Assembly (NCBI GenBank): GCA_043803105.1
Contig: JAZDKJ010000002.1
Location: forward strand, 64,001-128,000
DNA length: 64,000 nucleotides
Direction: 5' to 3'
Source: Candidatus Woesearchaeota archaeon
Lineage (GTDB): Archaea; Nanobdellota; Nanobdellia; Woesearchaeales; JAZDKJ01
Made by a program: the position numbers and the translations under genes. This document shows, piece after piece, positions 46,866 to 58,683 of the stretch. Each line of letters opens with the position of its first letter. Within the stretch, counting starts at the first letter, position 1. Under the pieces are notes generated by a model. That model was given only the letters and a program-made list of their open reading frames with translations. It searched no databases and was not told where the DNA came from.

Positions 46866-47525
46866 ATGGCAAAGAAGGCTAAGAAGCTTGAAACCAAGAT
46901 CAAGAAGAAAAAATGGTTTTCCCTAGTGGCACCAAGGCTTTTCTCAGAACAGCTCCTGGGTGAGACTTTCATCGAAGACCCAAAGACTTTGATGAATAGG
47001 TATGTTACAGTCAACCTTATGGGCCTCACCGGCGACCCAAAAAAACAGTCAGTAAACGTCACCTTCAAGGTCGTTAATGTCAAGGATAACAAGGGTTATG
47101 CTGAATGCATTGCCTATGAGATGAGTCCTTCCAGCATCAAGAGGATGGTCCGCCGCAACAGGGAAAGGCTTGATGATTCTTTCCTCGCTAAGACCACTGA
47201 CGGAAAAACAGTCAGAATAAAGCCTATTGTCCTCACCAGGTTTAACACAAGTAATTCTGTTACCGCAACCCTAAGAAAAGGCATTAGGCAGCTGATAATC
47301 AAGGCTGTTGCAGCCTCATCTTTTGAGGACCTTTTGCATGACATTATTACCAACAAATTCCAGTCAAAACTCAAGGACACCCTACGGCCGGTCTATCCAT
47401 TGAGCTCGTGCGACATCAGGTTATTGAAGATTGTCAGCCAACAGCCGTTGACAGTGAAAGAAGAGCCCGCCCCAGTGCAGGAAGAGCAGCCAGTGATCCA
47501 GGAAGATGCCAAAGCCGACAATTGA
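46866..47525 (+). CDS. rps3ae: 30S ribosomal protein S3Ae (eS1)
   Basis: KKKWF..VAP..F....GET, LTGD, IKRMVRR and VYPL. Confidence 0.9.
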   Translation: MAKKAKKLETKIKKKKWFSLVAPRLFSEQLLGETFIEDPKTLMNRYVTVNLMGLTGDPKKQSVNVTFKVVNVKDNKGYAECIAYEMSPSSIKRMVRRNRERLDDSFLAKTTDGKTVRIKPIVLTRFNTSNSVTATLRKGIRQLIIKAVAASSFEDLLHDIITNKFQSKLKDTLRPVYPLSSCDIRLLKIVSQQPLTVKEEPAPVQEEQPVIQEDAKADN

Positions 47526-47688
47526 TTCTGCAAAGTGCAAGGCTTCGGGAGAATGCCTGCACACTTGTCCTATGAGTGTTTTTAGCAAAGAAGACAAGAA
47601 GATTGTTGTGAGCAAGCCTGATGAATGCATCGGCTGCATGGCATGCCAGGTTGCGTGCCCAAATAGTGCAATCAAAGTGACCCAGTGA
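47506..47688 (+). CDS. Ferredoxin (4Fe-4S dicluster-type, first motif variant)
   Basis: CKASGECLHTCP and CIGCMACQVACP. Confidence 0.88.
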   Translation: MPKPTIDSAKCKASGECLHTCPMSVFSKEDKKIVVSKPDECIGCMACQVACPNSAIKVTQ

Positions 47689-47698
47689 TTTTCTATAA

Positions 47699-47795
47699 CA
47701 GAAGACCTAAATGTTTAATTTGATATTGTTCGGTCTTCTGGTATATTCCAAAAGTCAAAAAAGTTACAAAAATTATTAATTATTTTTGACTTTTG
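47699..47795. repeat. Two tandem intergenic palindromes
   Basis: CAGAAGACC(47699-707)/GGTCTTCTG(47732-40); CAAAAGTCAAAAA(47749-61)/TTTTTGACTTTTG(47783-95). Confidence 0.7.
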
Positions 47796-47829
47796 ATATA
47801 GCAAATTTATTTAAGCAGAGGAAAAATCC

Positions 47830-49089
47830 ATGAAAATAATGTTTGAATTTATAAAAAATCTCTTCAAAGAGAAGGACAGCTCGATAGTTATCTCAATAAA
47901 AGACCTCCCAAACTGGTTTGAGCAGCAATTGAACGCTTCCAAGGCTCCGGTTGATTCCAGATTTAATGCCTTGCGACAGAAGATTTCTGTGCAGCTTGGC
48001 AGCCTTGCAGAGAACATCATCGTGCTTCAGAAAGCAGTCCTAAAGAATCCATCCATATCTACCAGGGAAATTCAGTTTATGGAAGGCAACCGCGAAGCCT
48101 ACATAAGAAAGGTCAAGCTGCTTGTGGAAGCTCTTGAGTTGCCAGAAAAAATCCAGGATTTGCCTTCATTCCAATCAGAGTTCGTTTCAAAGCTGGACAT
48201 CTTCAGTACCTCCACAGCTAAGCCGTACTACATCTTGCAGGAATTCTTTGCCCATGAATCAAAGGACATTGCCTTGTCAATAAAATCGATTGAGCAGTCT
48301 GTAGTGGAAGCCTCTCACTTGTACAGGCAATTCCAGGAGTCAATTGGAGGTTCGCTCAACAGGAGGGTTGCGCAATTCCATTCTACAGTGGGTGCCCATG
48401 ACTCAACCAGAGAAATGAAAAAAAGGCTTGAGCAAGAGCTCGAGACAGAGAAACAGCGGCTTTCCAGTCTTAACAGGCAAAGGTCAACCCTGCAAAAAAG
48501 TGATTCTCACAAGGAGTTTGAAAACTCTAAGCGAAAGCTTGAACTCCTAAATAACCAGCTCAAGGAAAAGAAGTTTGAAATACATAGCCAATTTTCAATC
48601 CTCGAGCATGGCTTGAAGAAGTACGCAAAAATCAGCTATGAGCATGAAGACTTGGCAAATTCTTATGTTGATGACCCGGTAAGCGCGCTCTTGAGTGACC
48701 ATGAACTCAACGTGATGTTTGTTTTGCGGAACATGCGCCAGGCAATTGAGCGTGAGGAGCTCGAGCTTAAAGACAAGAAGAAGGACAAGTCTCTTGCCAC
48801 CATTGATATGCTGGACCGTGCTTTCCTTTCAAGGATTGTCTCTGAACTGAACTCTCTCAAGCTGCAGGTTTCAACTGTTGAGCAGGACTTGAGGAATCAT
48901 CCTGTAGACAAACAGTCAAAGGATCTTTCCTTCGATACTGAGTCCTGCTGGGCTAAGCAGGTGCAATTGCAAAAGCAGATTGAAAAGGCTGACAAGCAGA
49001 TTGCTGATTCTGATCCTGAAAAGCTGAAAAAAGAGCTTGAGGAATCATTGAGCTCTTTTGTTGGGAAGACTGTTTCTATTGGGGATTGA
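47830..49089 (+). CDS. Long coiled-coil hypothetical protein
   Basis: 419 aa with extended heptad-like E/K/L pattern; GAGG upstream. Confidence 0.82.
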   Translation: MKIMFEFIKNLFKEKDSSIVISIKDLPNWFEQQLNASKAPVDSRFNALRQKISVQLGSLAENIIVLQKAVLKNPSISTREIQFMEGNREAYIRKVKLLVEALELPEKIQDLPSFQSEFVSKLDIFSTSTAKPYYILQEFFAHESKDIALSIKSIEQSVVEASHLYRQFQESIGGSLNRRVAQFHSTVGAHDSTREMKKRLEQELETEKQRLSSLNRQRSTLQKSDSHKEFENSKRKLELLNNQLKEKKFEIHSQFSILEHGLKKYAKISYEHEDLANSYVDDPVSALLSDHELNVMFVLRNMRQAIEREELELKDKKKDKSLATIDMLDRAFLSRIVSELNSLKLQVSTVEQDLRNHPVDKQSKDLSFDTESCWAKQVQLQKQIEKADKQIADSDPEKLKKELEESLSSFVGKTVSIGD

Positions 49090-49534
49090 GCAGGTACACT
49101 TGTCCCTTAGTCTCAAACTCGTCCCAGACAATTCCATCGCTTGAAGTCTGTGGTTTCTCAAAGGTTTGTGCAATTGCCTGTGTTATAATAGGATGAAAGT
49201 ATTTGTCTGGATGTTTTGCAAAATACTGGTGCGTCAAGTCTCTTGCCGAATTTGCGGTCATCGCCTCAAGCGGTTCCACCCTCTGGTTGTTCATCTCATG
49301 CAATCCAAGCATCACTGCCCAGGGTAATATTACTCCAGGTTTAATCACTTGCTTCTTGCTGCCTTTAATTGTTTCTGTGCGTCCTTCCTGCAGCTCATAA
49401 TAGCAGGTGAATGCAAAGTCTGCCTGATATATGGGTCCTGATTCCTTGCTTGCTTCTGCAACCATTTGTTCGACATTACGAAATTTTATGTTAACACCAA
49501 AAATGCTGTTCGATATCATTGGATTTTCATTCAT
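49076..49534 (-). CDS. Hypothetical protein
   Basis: Start placed at MNENP, which is preceded by GAGGT. Confidence 0.65.
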   Translation of the reverse strand: MNENPMISNSIFGVNIKFRNVEQMVAEASKESGPIYQADFAFTCYYELQEGRTETIKGSKKQVIKPGVILPWAVMLGLHEMNNQRVEPLEAMTANSARDLTHQYFAKHPDKYFHPIITQAIAQTFEKPQTSSDGIVWDEFETKGQVYLLNPQ

Positions 49535-49610
49535 TGTTCTTAACCTCAATATATTATTACCAAGTGGTAACCATGTAGCAATATATATTGTTATCTTAAA
49601 AATAGCACGC

Positions 49611-49646
49611 AAAATACGCTAGATTTAAATATTTAAAGCGTATTTT
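49611..49646. promoter_or_regulatory. 10-bp inverted repeat bracketing the Lrp gene TATA region
   Basis: AAAATACGCT-N16-AGCGTATTTT around TTTAAATATTTAAA, 8 bp before the ATG. Confidence 0.6.
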
Positions 49647-49654
49647 ATGTTATT

Positions 49655-50185
49655 ATGAGACAAGAGAAGATACAAACCCCCCCATACGACACAACCATCG
49701 CTTACGGAAAGCCCTTTGTCTTTGACAAATATGATAAGCTTATCCTAAAAGAGCTCGACCAGGATGCACGAAAGTCTTTGGCAGAGCTCTCTAAGAAAGT
49801 CGGCCTCTCAAGGGATGCAATAAGGAACCGCATCATGAAGATGGTAAAGGCAAAGGTTATTGCAGCCTTCAAACCTTTATATCATTCGCCAAGGATGGGT
49901 TTTCCTGTCATCAATTATGTTTTCATAGCGCTTTACAATCCAAGCGCAGAGAAGGAAAAGGAATTTCTCGGTTTTCTTAAAAGGACAAAATACGTAACCT
50001 ATATCGCAAGCCTCATCGGAAAATGGGATTATATCAGCGATGTCATGGCAGAGGACAACGGCCATTTGGACAAGATAATGAAAGGCATCAGCCAGAGGGT
50101 CCCAGAGCTCATCAAGGATTATGAGATTTACGGTGTGCTTCAGGAGTACAAGTACGAAGAAATTGGAAGATTGGTTTATGATTAG
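49655..50185 (+). CDS. Lrp/AsnC family transcriptional regulator
   Basis: DKYDKLIL.EL..DARKSLAELSKKVGLS....RNRI, then RAM domain with GKWDY. Confidence 0.92.
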   Translation: MRQEKIQTPPYDTTIAYGKPFVFDKYDKLILKELDQDARKSLAELSKKVGLSRDAIRNRIMKMVKAKVIAAFKPLYHSPRMGFPVINYVFIALYNPSAEKEKEFLGFLKRTKYVTYIASLIGKWDYISDVMAEDNGHLDKIMKGISQRVPELIKDYEIYGVLQEYKYEEIGRLVYD

Positions 50186-50269
50186 TTCTAAAGCAAATGT
50201 TACTACTTATTTGAAGTAACAATATACAAAGATTTAAATATGACCAGTATTGTTCTTCGTCTGTTCACA

Positions 50270-51136
50270 ATGGACAGGAAACACAAGCAAAAGTTGATTG
50301 AAGAACATTTTGCCCCGAGAATTAGAGCTATTAGCTATATCGCCCAGCTCTTCAGAAAAGGTTTCTTGCCTCTTGACGAGAATCCTTTGGACAAATTGCA
50401 CGTGCACAGTGACTTGTATATAATAAGTGCCATGGGCCAAGAAGTTTGGCATCATTGGAGCCGCATACTCGACATGGAGCAATACGCTAGGGAAGACCTC
50501 CTTGACATCGCTGCTCAAGAAGGAAAGATTCTTGACATTACTGACTTCAGAACCAGGCCTCCAGCAGGGCTTGGGCCTCAGATACACGGGATTGAAAAGA
50601 CCGTGGACAAGCTCTGCCATAGTTATTTCGGCAGATTGTCCACCTGGATTGACAACTTATATTATTGGGTAGCTCACAATTACGACCTGGTTCCGGAAAA
50701 TGGCAGGATTGACAGGAAAGGTGTCCAGGAAAGCCTCAAAGGTGTTCATGGCAGGATGCGCCAGGAATTGAAAGACACTTTTGGATTCGCTGACATTCAG
50801 GATGACCTTAATCAGATTAGGAACAAACTTACGCACAGCTCATCGAACATAATACCATTTGTAGATATAGACGGAAAAGTTTTACAGCAAAGGTATGCGC
50901 TTGTTGCAAGTGTGTCTCTAGAGAAGAATAGAATCAACGATATTACTAAAGAGCAAGAGACTGTTAAAGTGACACGCAAAGTGGACCTTTTCAACTATCT
51001 AATCAGGTTCTACGCTCACAACGCAAACGGCACGTATCATTGCCTGAAATTTATGAAGATGAATATTGAACCAGGTGCTTTCCAGAAATTCTGCGATGCC
51101 TATTTAGGGCAATCCAAAAGCCAATTGAAGAGTTAG
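50270..51136 (+). CDS. Hypothetical protein, putative HEPN-domain RNase
   Basis: IRNKLTHS (RNxxxH) in a helical context; start chosen downstream of TTTAAATA. Confidence 0.6.
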   Translation: MDRKHKQKLIEEHFAPRIRAISYIAQLFRKGFLPLDENPLDKLHVHSDLYIISAMGQEVWHHWSRILDMEQYAREDLLDIAAQEGKILDITDFRTRPPAGLGPQIHGIEKTVDKLCHSYFGRLSTWIDNLYYWVAHNYDLVPENGRIDRKGVQESLKGVHGRMRQELKDTFGFADIQDDLNQIRNKLTHSSSNIIPFVDIDGKVLQQRYALVASVSLEKNRINDITKEQETVKVTRKVDLFNYLIRFYAHNANGTYHCLKFMKMNIEPGAFQKFCDAYLGQSKSQLKS

Positions 51137-53289
<2,153 letters not shown>

Positions 53290-53380
53290 TTAAATAGTTT
53301 GCTTATAGTAACCATTGGCTACCTTACGGCATAGTTATTGTAGAACCAAAAAAACAGCCTTTTAAAAGGATAAATTATAT

Positions 53381-53401
53381 TAAGTCAATATCTATGACTT
53401 A
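53381..53401. promoter_or_regulatory. Inverted repeat operator candidate
   Basis: TAAGTCA-N7-TGACTTA between the TATA-like TTATAT and the GTG start. Confidence 0.5.
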
Positions 53402-53407
53402 TCCCCT

Positions 53408-54859
53408 GTGGTGTGGGAAAGAGTAACGTATAGCGGCAAAAATCATGCAATATTCTTCATAGACACAGTGTTCAGGGGATACCAAACAGGTGTTATCAAA
53501 GACTTCTTTTTGATAGCTTTTAATCCCACACATTACCGTCAATTTAATGGAGCAAGATGGTGGTTAAAGGAAGAGATTGATTCCTATGTTTCCGCACTTA
53601 GAAATAAAGAAAAGAACTCCCCTGGTTTCTTGCTACAGAAGGCAGAGGAATATGAAAGATTAAACCAAGGTTTTTTTGAATGGAGCAGGCAATATAAGAA
53701 CCTAGATTTTAAGCATATTGATAATAAGAAAATAGCGATAATTCTGTCTGAATTTGCAAATCGTTTAACTAAGATTAATGCTCTTGTATATACCAGTATA
53801 ATGGTAGATAGATTTTATACAGACGAAATAGTAAGATTAATTGCAAAAAAAGAACCTACTTTTAACAAACAACAAGAATACCTTAACATCATTTTTTCAA
53901 TAGAATGGGGTCTCGAAACACATTATGAAAAGGAGTCACTTATTGATATAGCCGAAAAGTTGCAGAAAAAACCAGTATCACCTGACGTTACTCAGCTTAT
54001 TGAAAAACATCTAGGCCGTTTTGCTCATCTTAACTTTATGCCTTTTTATAGACCTCAAAGTGATAAGGAAAGTGTTCTTGAAGCAATAAAAAATCTGCTT
54101 GAAAAAGATATCAAAAAAGAAAAGGTCGAACTGGAAAAACAAAAGCGCAAGTCCAAGAAAGTTGAAGAACTGAAAAATCTGCTTGCATTGGATGACAAAG
54201 AAGTTCTTAAAATCAAAACGATAAGGAAGTGGGCATTCATTGCAAATAATGATGACCATTATGTTATGGGTGCAATTTGTGCATTATGGGGATTATGGCA
54301 AGAGATAGCCAGAAGATTTAGCATTACATTTGAACAATTTGTTGAGATGCGTATTGACGAAATAAAAGAAACCCTGAGAAACGGAGCTATTTCAAATGAA
54401 TTAAGAGATGAATTGCCTTTGCGATGCCAAGATAATGCTATGATATGGGATGAAAGAGGTACAAGATTACTGGTTGGCGATGCGCTGGTTAGTTACTATA
54501 ATGACGAAAAAATAATAGAGGAAGATTTTCACAAGATTATGGAAGTCAAAGGATTGCCTGCATCTCAAGGGAAAGCGTTGGGGATCGTTCGCCTTCTCCT
54601 GGATATTAGGGACCTCAACAAAGTAGAAAAAGACAATGTTTTGGTTGCTGTATATACATATCCTGCGATTGTAGTTGCAATGGAAAAAGCAAGCGCGATT
54701 GTAACCGACCAAGGAGGTCTTTTATCGCATGCAGCCATTGTCAGCAGGGAAATGCACAAGCCATGTATTGTAGGAACTGGTATTGCTACAAGAGTATTCA
54801 AAGATGGCGATTTAGTTGAGGTAGACGCCACAAATGGAATAGTCAAGAGAATAAAATAA
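53408..54859 (+). CDS. PEP-utilizing enzyme mobile (phospho-His swivel) domain protein with long helical N-region
   Basis: C-terminal GLPASQG.A.G.V...AIVTDQGGLLSHAAIVSRE..KPCIVG....T....DGD.VEVDA..G.V; visibly AT-rich. Confidence 0.85.
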   Translation: MVWERVTYSGKNHAIFFIDTVFRGYQTGVIKDFFLIAFNPTHYRQFNGARWWLKEEIDSYVSALRNKEKNSPGFLLQKAEEYERLNQGFFEWSRQYKNLDFKHIDNKKIAIILSEFANRLTKINALVYTSIMVDRFYTDEIVRLIAKKEPTFNKQQEYLNIIFSIEWGLETHYEKESLIDIAEKLQKKPVSPDVTQLIEKHLGRFAHLNFMPFYRPQSDKESVLEAIKNLLEKDIKKEKVELEKQKRKSKKVEELKNLLALDDKEVLKIKTIRKWAFIANNDDHYVMGAICALWGLWQEIARRFSITFEQFVEMRIDEIKETLRNGAISNELRDELPLRCQDNAMIWDERGTRLLVGDALVSYYNDEKIIEEDFHKIMEVKGLPASQGKALGIVRLLLDIRDLNKVEKDNVLVAVYTYPAIVVAMEKASAIVTDQGGLLSHAAIVSREMHKPCIVGTGIATRVFKDGDLVEVDATNGIVKRIK

Positions 54860-55102
54860 TTGTAAGAACGCAGTTTAAAAAGTTTTTGAATCTAGCTTGC
54901 GTGGCATCCAAGGGATATACTATTTCCTTGAGGCATCCTTCTACATAAACTTTTCGCACAAAAACCCTTTCTTCCACAGGATGATAGGTAAGCTCTTCCA
55001 GTATATCCCCAGAGGTGTTAGTGCCTTCATAAACTTTCCACAATTGATTCAGAAGATTCCATCTTGAAAACAAGAAAACAAAGATTTTCAACCAACCCGA
55101 AT

Positions 55103-55516
55103 CTAGCTTGCGCCGCTATACGCAGTCTCTTTCTCTTCGCTCACAGCATTGATCACATGCTTGAGCTTTTTCTCCGCTTCTTCTGCAATTTGCTCAACTT
55201 TCGGAGCAAGCGTTCCCATTACCTGTGTTGGTAGTATTGCCGTAGCCCAGCAAACGCCTTTGTCCTCAAATACGATTATATTGCATGGCAAGAAAAGCCC
55301 TGCCTCTTTTTCCTTTTCAAGTGCTTGATGGCTAAGTTTTGGATTGCACGCTCCAATGATGGTGTAGTTACCGTATTCAAGGTCTATTTTCTTCTTTAGT
55401 ATTGCCTTGACATCAATCTCGCTTATTACAGAAAAGCCTTCCTTCTCCAGTTCAACCTTGACTTTTGCCAGTGTTTCAGCGAAATTGCCCTTCGCTGGTT
55501 TGCCATAACTATACAA
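55103..55516 (-). CDS. DUF302 family protein
   Basis: GFSVISEID....KKK, Y.I.GACNP and GLFLPCNI.V. Confidence 0.85.
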   Translation of the reverse strand: MYSYGKPAKGNFAETLAKVKVELEKEGFSVISEIDVKAILKKKIDLEYGNYTIIGACNPKLSHQALEKEKEAGLFLPCNIIVFEDKGVCWATAILPTQVMGTLAPKVEQIAEEAEKKLKHVINAVSEEKETAYSGAS

Positions 55517-55598
55517 TCATATCACCCAATGAATACATAAAGATTTTAGAGAATAAAAAGCTTGTGTCTGATGGCAAAAAAAGGCACAGAAAGAATTT

Positions 55599-56054
55599 CT
55601 AAGCTCTGGCTTCCTGCTTTCTGCGTCTCTGACGGAATGCCTCGTTTGCGTTGTTAAATCCGTGGTAAACAGACTTGCCAAACCAGAAAAGTCCAAAAGC
55701 ACCAAAACCTAGCCAGCTAATGCCACAGAGCACTCGATTGACCGTGCGCATCCTGTAATCCTTGATATATTCCTGAGTCTGGCCAATAGTAGCGTGTTGC
55801 TCTTTGAGTTGGTTAAGTTGCCTTATTTCCTCAATTCTTGCTTCGAGCATGTCTGCTGGGATCGGTTCGTCGCGTAACAAATAATTATCAATCCCAGGCC
55901 TAATTGTCTGCGTGTACTTTTCAATTGTTGCTTTGGTCGGATATTTATTGTAAAAATCTCTGTCTAGTTGAACTGCTTTGTTGAACGAATAATAAGACAA
56001 CCAACTAGTTACTGTAGCACCAATGACAAGCGCTACAATTTGTTTATTGTTCAT
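55599..56054 (-). CDS. Hypothetical two-TM membrane protein
   Basis: N- and C-terminal hydrophobic helices; TTTATAA upstream on the minus strand. Confidence 0.7.
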   Translation of the reverse strand: MNNKQIVALVIGATVTSWLSYYSFNKAVQLDRDFYNKYPTKATIEKYTQTIRPGIDNYLLRDEPIPADMLEARIEEIRQLNQLKEQHATIGQTQEYIKDYRMRTVNRVLCGISWLGFGAFGLFWFGKSVYHGFNNANEAFRQRRRKQEARA

Positions 56055-56173
56055 CAGGCTCTGGGAGGCGCTCTATCCTTATAAATATTACTATACTATA
56101 ATGGTAAAAAGTCTTTCCTTTTTGACGCTATTTTGCACAAATTTTAAATAATCCCTCTAGTTGGTGAAATTGC

Positions 56174-57124
56174 ATGAATACCCTTATCAACAAGGATGAT
56201 GTCCCTAAGTTTCTCTCTGCATTGATGCAGCGCTTTGAGGTTATTGCTCCAAAGAAGTCAAAGGGCATGCTCTTGTTTGAGCCTATAGCAGATTTCAAGG
56301 AGATCGACTTTAGCCAACAGACAAGTTATTCTGCAAAGAAGTATTTTCTTCCAGCAAAGGAGAGCATTTTTAGTTACAAGGGCACCAAGATAGAGGTCAA
56401 GCTTGATTCCAGGCCGCGCATTATCATCATGCATCCATGTGATGCAAACGCTGTCTTGAACCTTGACAGGATTTTTCTTGACGAGAACCTGGACCCATAT
56501 TACAAGGCGAGGAGGGATGCCACCCTGCTTTTTGTCTTCAGCTGCTCCCAATCTTACAAGAACTGTTTTTGCACCTCAGTCAATTCTTGCGAGACAGTGA
56601 ACTATGACCTTCTTTTTGTTGACATCGGCGACAAGTATGTTGTGAGCGTCGGCACCTCAAGGGCAAAAGAGCTCCTCAGCACAAAGCTTTTTACAAATAT
56701 CATCAGGGAAGGCGCCTGCGAGGTCAAGTGCAAGAAAAAGCTGAATTCCACCAACCAGCTTGGCTCCTTCTTTTTGAGCAAGGTCTGGAAGTCTGAGAGT
56801 AAGAAATGCCTTTTCTGCAACGCATGCATTATCGCCTGCCCAAGCTGTTTTTGTTTCACCATGCATGACGAACCCAACCTTGACCTTGTCTCTGGAGAAA
56901 GAAAAAGGCAGTGGGATTACTGCTATATGCATGATCACACAAAGGTTGCTGGCGGCTTTGTTTTCAGGAAGGAGCGCTCTAAGCGCTTCAAGCACCGCAT
57001 CTATCATCAGCTAAAGTATTTCAAGGATAAGTTTGGCAGGCAATTGTGTGTTGGCTGCGGCAGGTGCATTGATGTTTGCCCTGCGAAAATTGATATGGTG
57101 GAGATTGTGAACTCTTTAAAATGA
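56174..57124 (+). CDS. hydB: Group 3b [NiFe] hydrogenase (sulfhydrogenase) beta subunit
   Basis: HPCD, CFC, CLFCNAC..CPSCFC, R.WDYC and CVGCGRC..VCP. Confidence 0.9.
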   Translation: MNTLINKDDVPKFLSALMQRFEVIAPKKSKGMLLFEPIADFKEIDFSQQTSYSAKKYFLPAKESIFSYKGTKIEVKLDSRPRIIIMHPCDANAVLNLDRIFLDENLDPYYKARRDATLLFVFSCSQSYKNCFCTSVNSCETVNYDLLFVDIGDKYVVSVGTSRAKELLSTKLFTNIIREGACEVKCKKKLNSTNQLGSFFLSKVWKSESKKCLFCNACIIACPSCFCFTMHDEPNLDLVSGERKRQWDYCYMHDHTKVAGGFVFRKERSKRFKHRIYHQLKYFKDKFGRQLCVGCGRCIDVCPAKIDMVEIVNSLK

Positions 57125-57918
57125 GCAAGGAAACCGAACTTTACGTGCCAACTTTGGCAAGGATTGACAAGGTTACTCAGGAGACTAGTGAGGTCAAGAC
57201 TTTTAAGGTAAGGATGCCTTTGAAGCATGAGCCTGGCCAGTTTGTTCAGCTCTCTTTGCTTGGCATCGGTGAAGCCCCTGTTTCAATCGCTTCTTCCTCT
57301 CCTGAATTTCTTGAGCTGACTGTAAAGAATGTTGGCGCAGTCACAGATTCATTGTTCAGGTTACAGGAGGGTGACAAGGTTGGCATCAGAGGGCCATATG
57401 GCCATGGTTATCCTATGAACGAGTTTAAGGGAAAGGACATAATAATTATTGGCGGGGGCACAGGCGCTGCCTCTTTACGCGGAGTGCTAAAGTATATTGA
57501 GAACAACAAGAAGTCTTTCGGCTCTGTCGATATTTTTCTGGGCTATAGGAGCCCTGCTGATATACTCTTCAAGAAGGATAATGACAGATGGAGGCACTCC
57601 TTCAATTTCAACATAACAGTTGACAAGCCTGATGATAATTGGCAGGGCAACACCGGTGTCATTACCACCCTTCTCAACAAGGCCCAGTTCAAGCGCATTA
57701 ACTCTGCTGTGCTTGCATGTGGTCCACCAATCATGATAAAGTTTGTTGTGCAGGACCTTCAGGCAATGGGATTCACAGACCAACAGATTTGGGTAAGCCT
57801 GGAGCGCATGATGAAGTGCGGTTTTGGCAAGTGCGGACATTGCATGGTCCAGGACCGCTATGTTTGCAAGGATGGCCCTGTATTTAATTATCTTGACGCA
57901 AAATACCTGGAGGACTAA
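57121..57918 (+). CDS. hydG: Group 3b hydrogenase gamma subunit (FAD/NAD(P), 2Fe-2S)
   Basis: PGQF, GEAP.S, RGPYG, GGGTG, CGPP.M and LERMMKCG.GKCGHC...CKDGPVF. Confidence 0.9.
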   Translation: MSKETELYVPTLARIDKVTQETSEVKTFKVRMPLKHEPGQFVQLSLLGIGEAPVSIASSSPEFLELTVKNVGAVTDSLFRLQEGDKVGIRGPYGHGYPMNEFKGKDIIIIGGGTGAASLRGVLKYIENNKKSFGSVDIFLGYRSPADILFKKDNDRWRHSFNFNITVDKPDDNWQGNTGVITTLLNKAQFKRINSAVLACGPPIMIKFVVQDLQAMGFTDQQIWVSLERMMKCGFGKCGHCMVQDRYVCKDGPVFNYLDAKYLED

Positions 57919-57921
57919 GAG

Positions 57922-58683
57922 ATGAAGCCTGTTGTGGGATTTTTTTCTTTCACTGGCTGTTCAGGTTGCACTCTTGAGGTCATCCACCAGGAGGGCATTT
58001 TCCTTGACCTTATGGACAAGATGAAGATAGTGCATTTCCCTCTTGTGCAAGGAAAGAACGCGCTTTGCGACCTTGACATCGCTGTTGTTGAAGGCAGCAT
58101 CTCAACAAAGGAACAGCAGGAAAAGCTTCTGCTCATACGGCAAAAATCAAAGTTCCTTATTGCCCTTGGTGCGTGCTCAGGCATTGGTGGCGTTAATGCT
58201 ATCCGCAATACTCTTAACGAAAAGCAGGTTGAAAAGCTTGTCTACTCGGGCAAGAACAAGTGGAAGTCCACAAGGCTTGAGCCAATAGGCAAGTTTGTGC
58301 CTGTTGATTACTATGTCAGGGGCTGCCCTCCTGTAAAAGAGGATTTTGACTGTGCGTTGAAGCAGCTCTTGTTGAGGTCAAAGCCCTTCGTGTACAATCA
58401 GCCTGTCTGCTCTGAGTGCAGGATTAAGGAAAATCCCTGCCTTCTTTCGCAAGGCAGACTATGCTTGGGCCCAATCACGTTTGGCGGTTGCGACGCAATA
58501 TGCCCTTCGAACAAGCTTCCCTGTGATGGATGCAGGGGAAAGACTGAGGATGCAAATTTCAATGCGTTAAAGCAGGTGCTCGAGGACAATGGTTTTTCAA
58601 AGCAGGACATTAAGAAATTGGCCTCTTTGTTCAACTCAAATGTTGACTTTAGCACAAAGGTTGAAGTGGTGAAACCAAAATGA
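57922..58683 (+). CDS. hydD: Group 3b hydrogenase delta (small) subunit
   Basis: TGCSGC, VEGS, GAC, GCPP, VC.EC and CLGP.T..GC...CP.....C.GCRG. Confidence 0.9.
   Translation: MKPVVGFFSFTGCSGCTLEVIHQEGIFLDLMDKMKIVHFPLVQGKNALCDLDIAVVEGSISTKEQQEKLLLIRQKSKFLIALGACSGIGGVNAIRNTLNEKQVEKLVYSGKNKWKSTRLEPIGKFVPVDYYVRGCPPVKEDFDCALKQLLLRSKPFVYNQPVCSECRIKENPCLLSQGRLCLGPITFGGCDAICPSNKLPCDGCRGKTEDANFNALKQVLEDNGFSKQDIKKLASLFNSNVDFSTKVEVVKPK

Noticed and set aside
54843-55091. 82-aa minus-strand ORF
   Set aside because: TTG start without an RBS, overlaps the neighbouring gene end and has no recognisable motif
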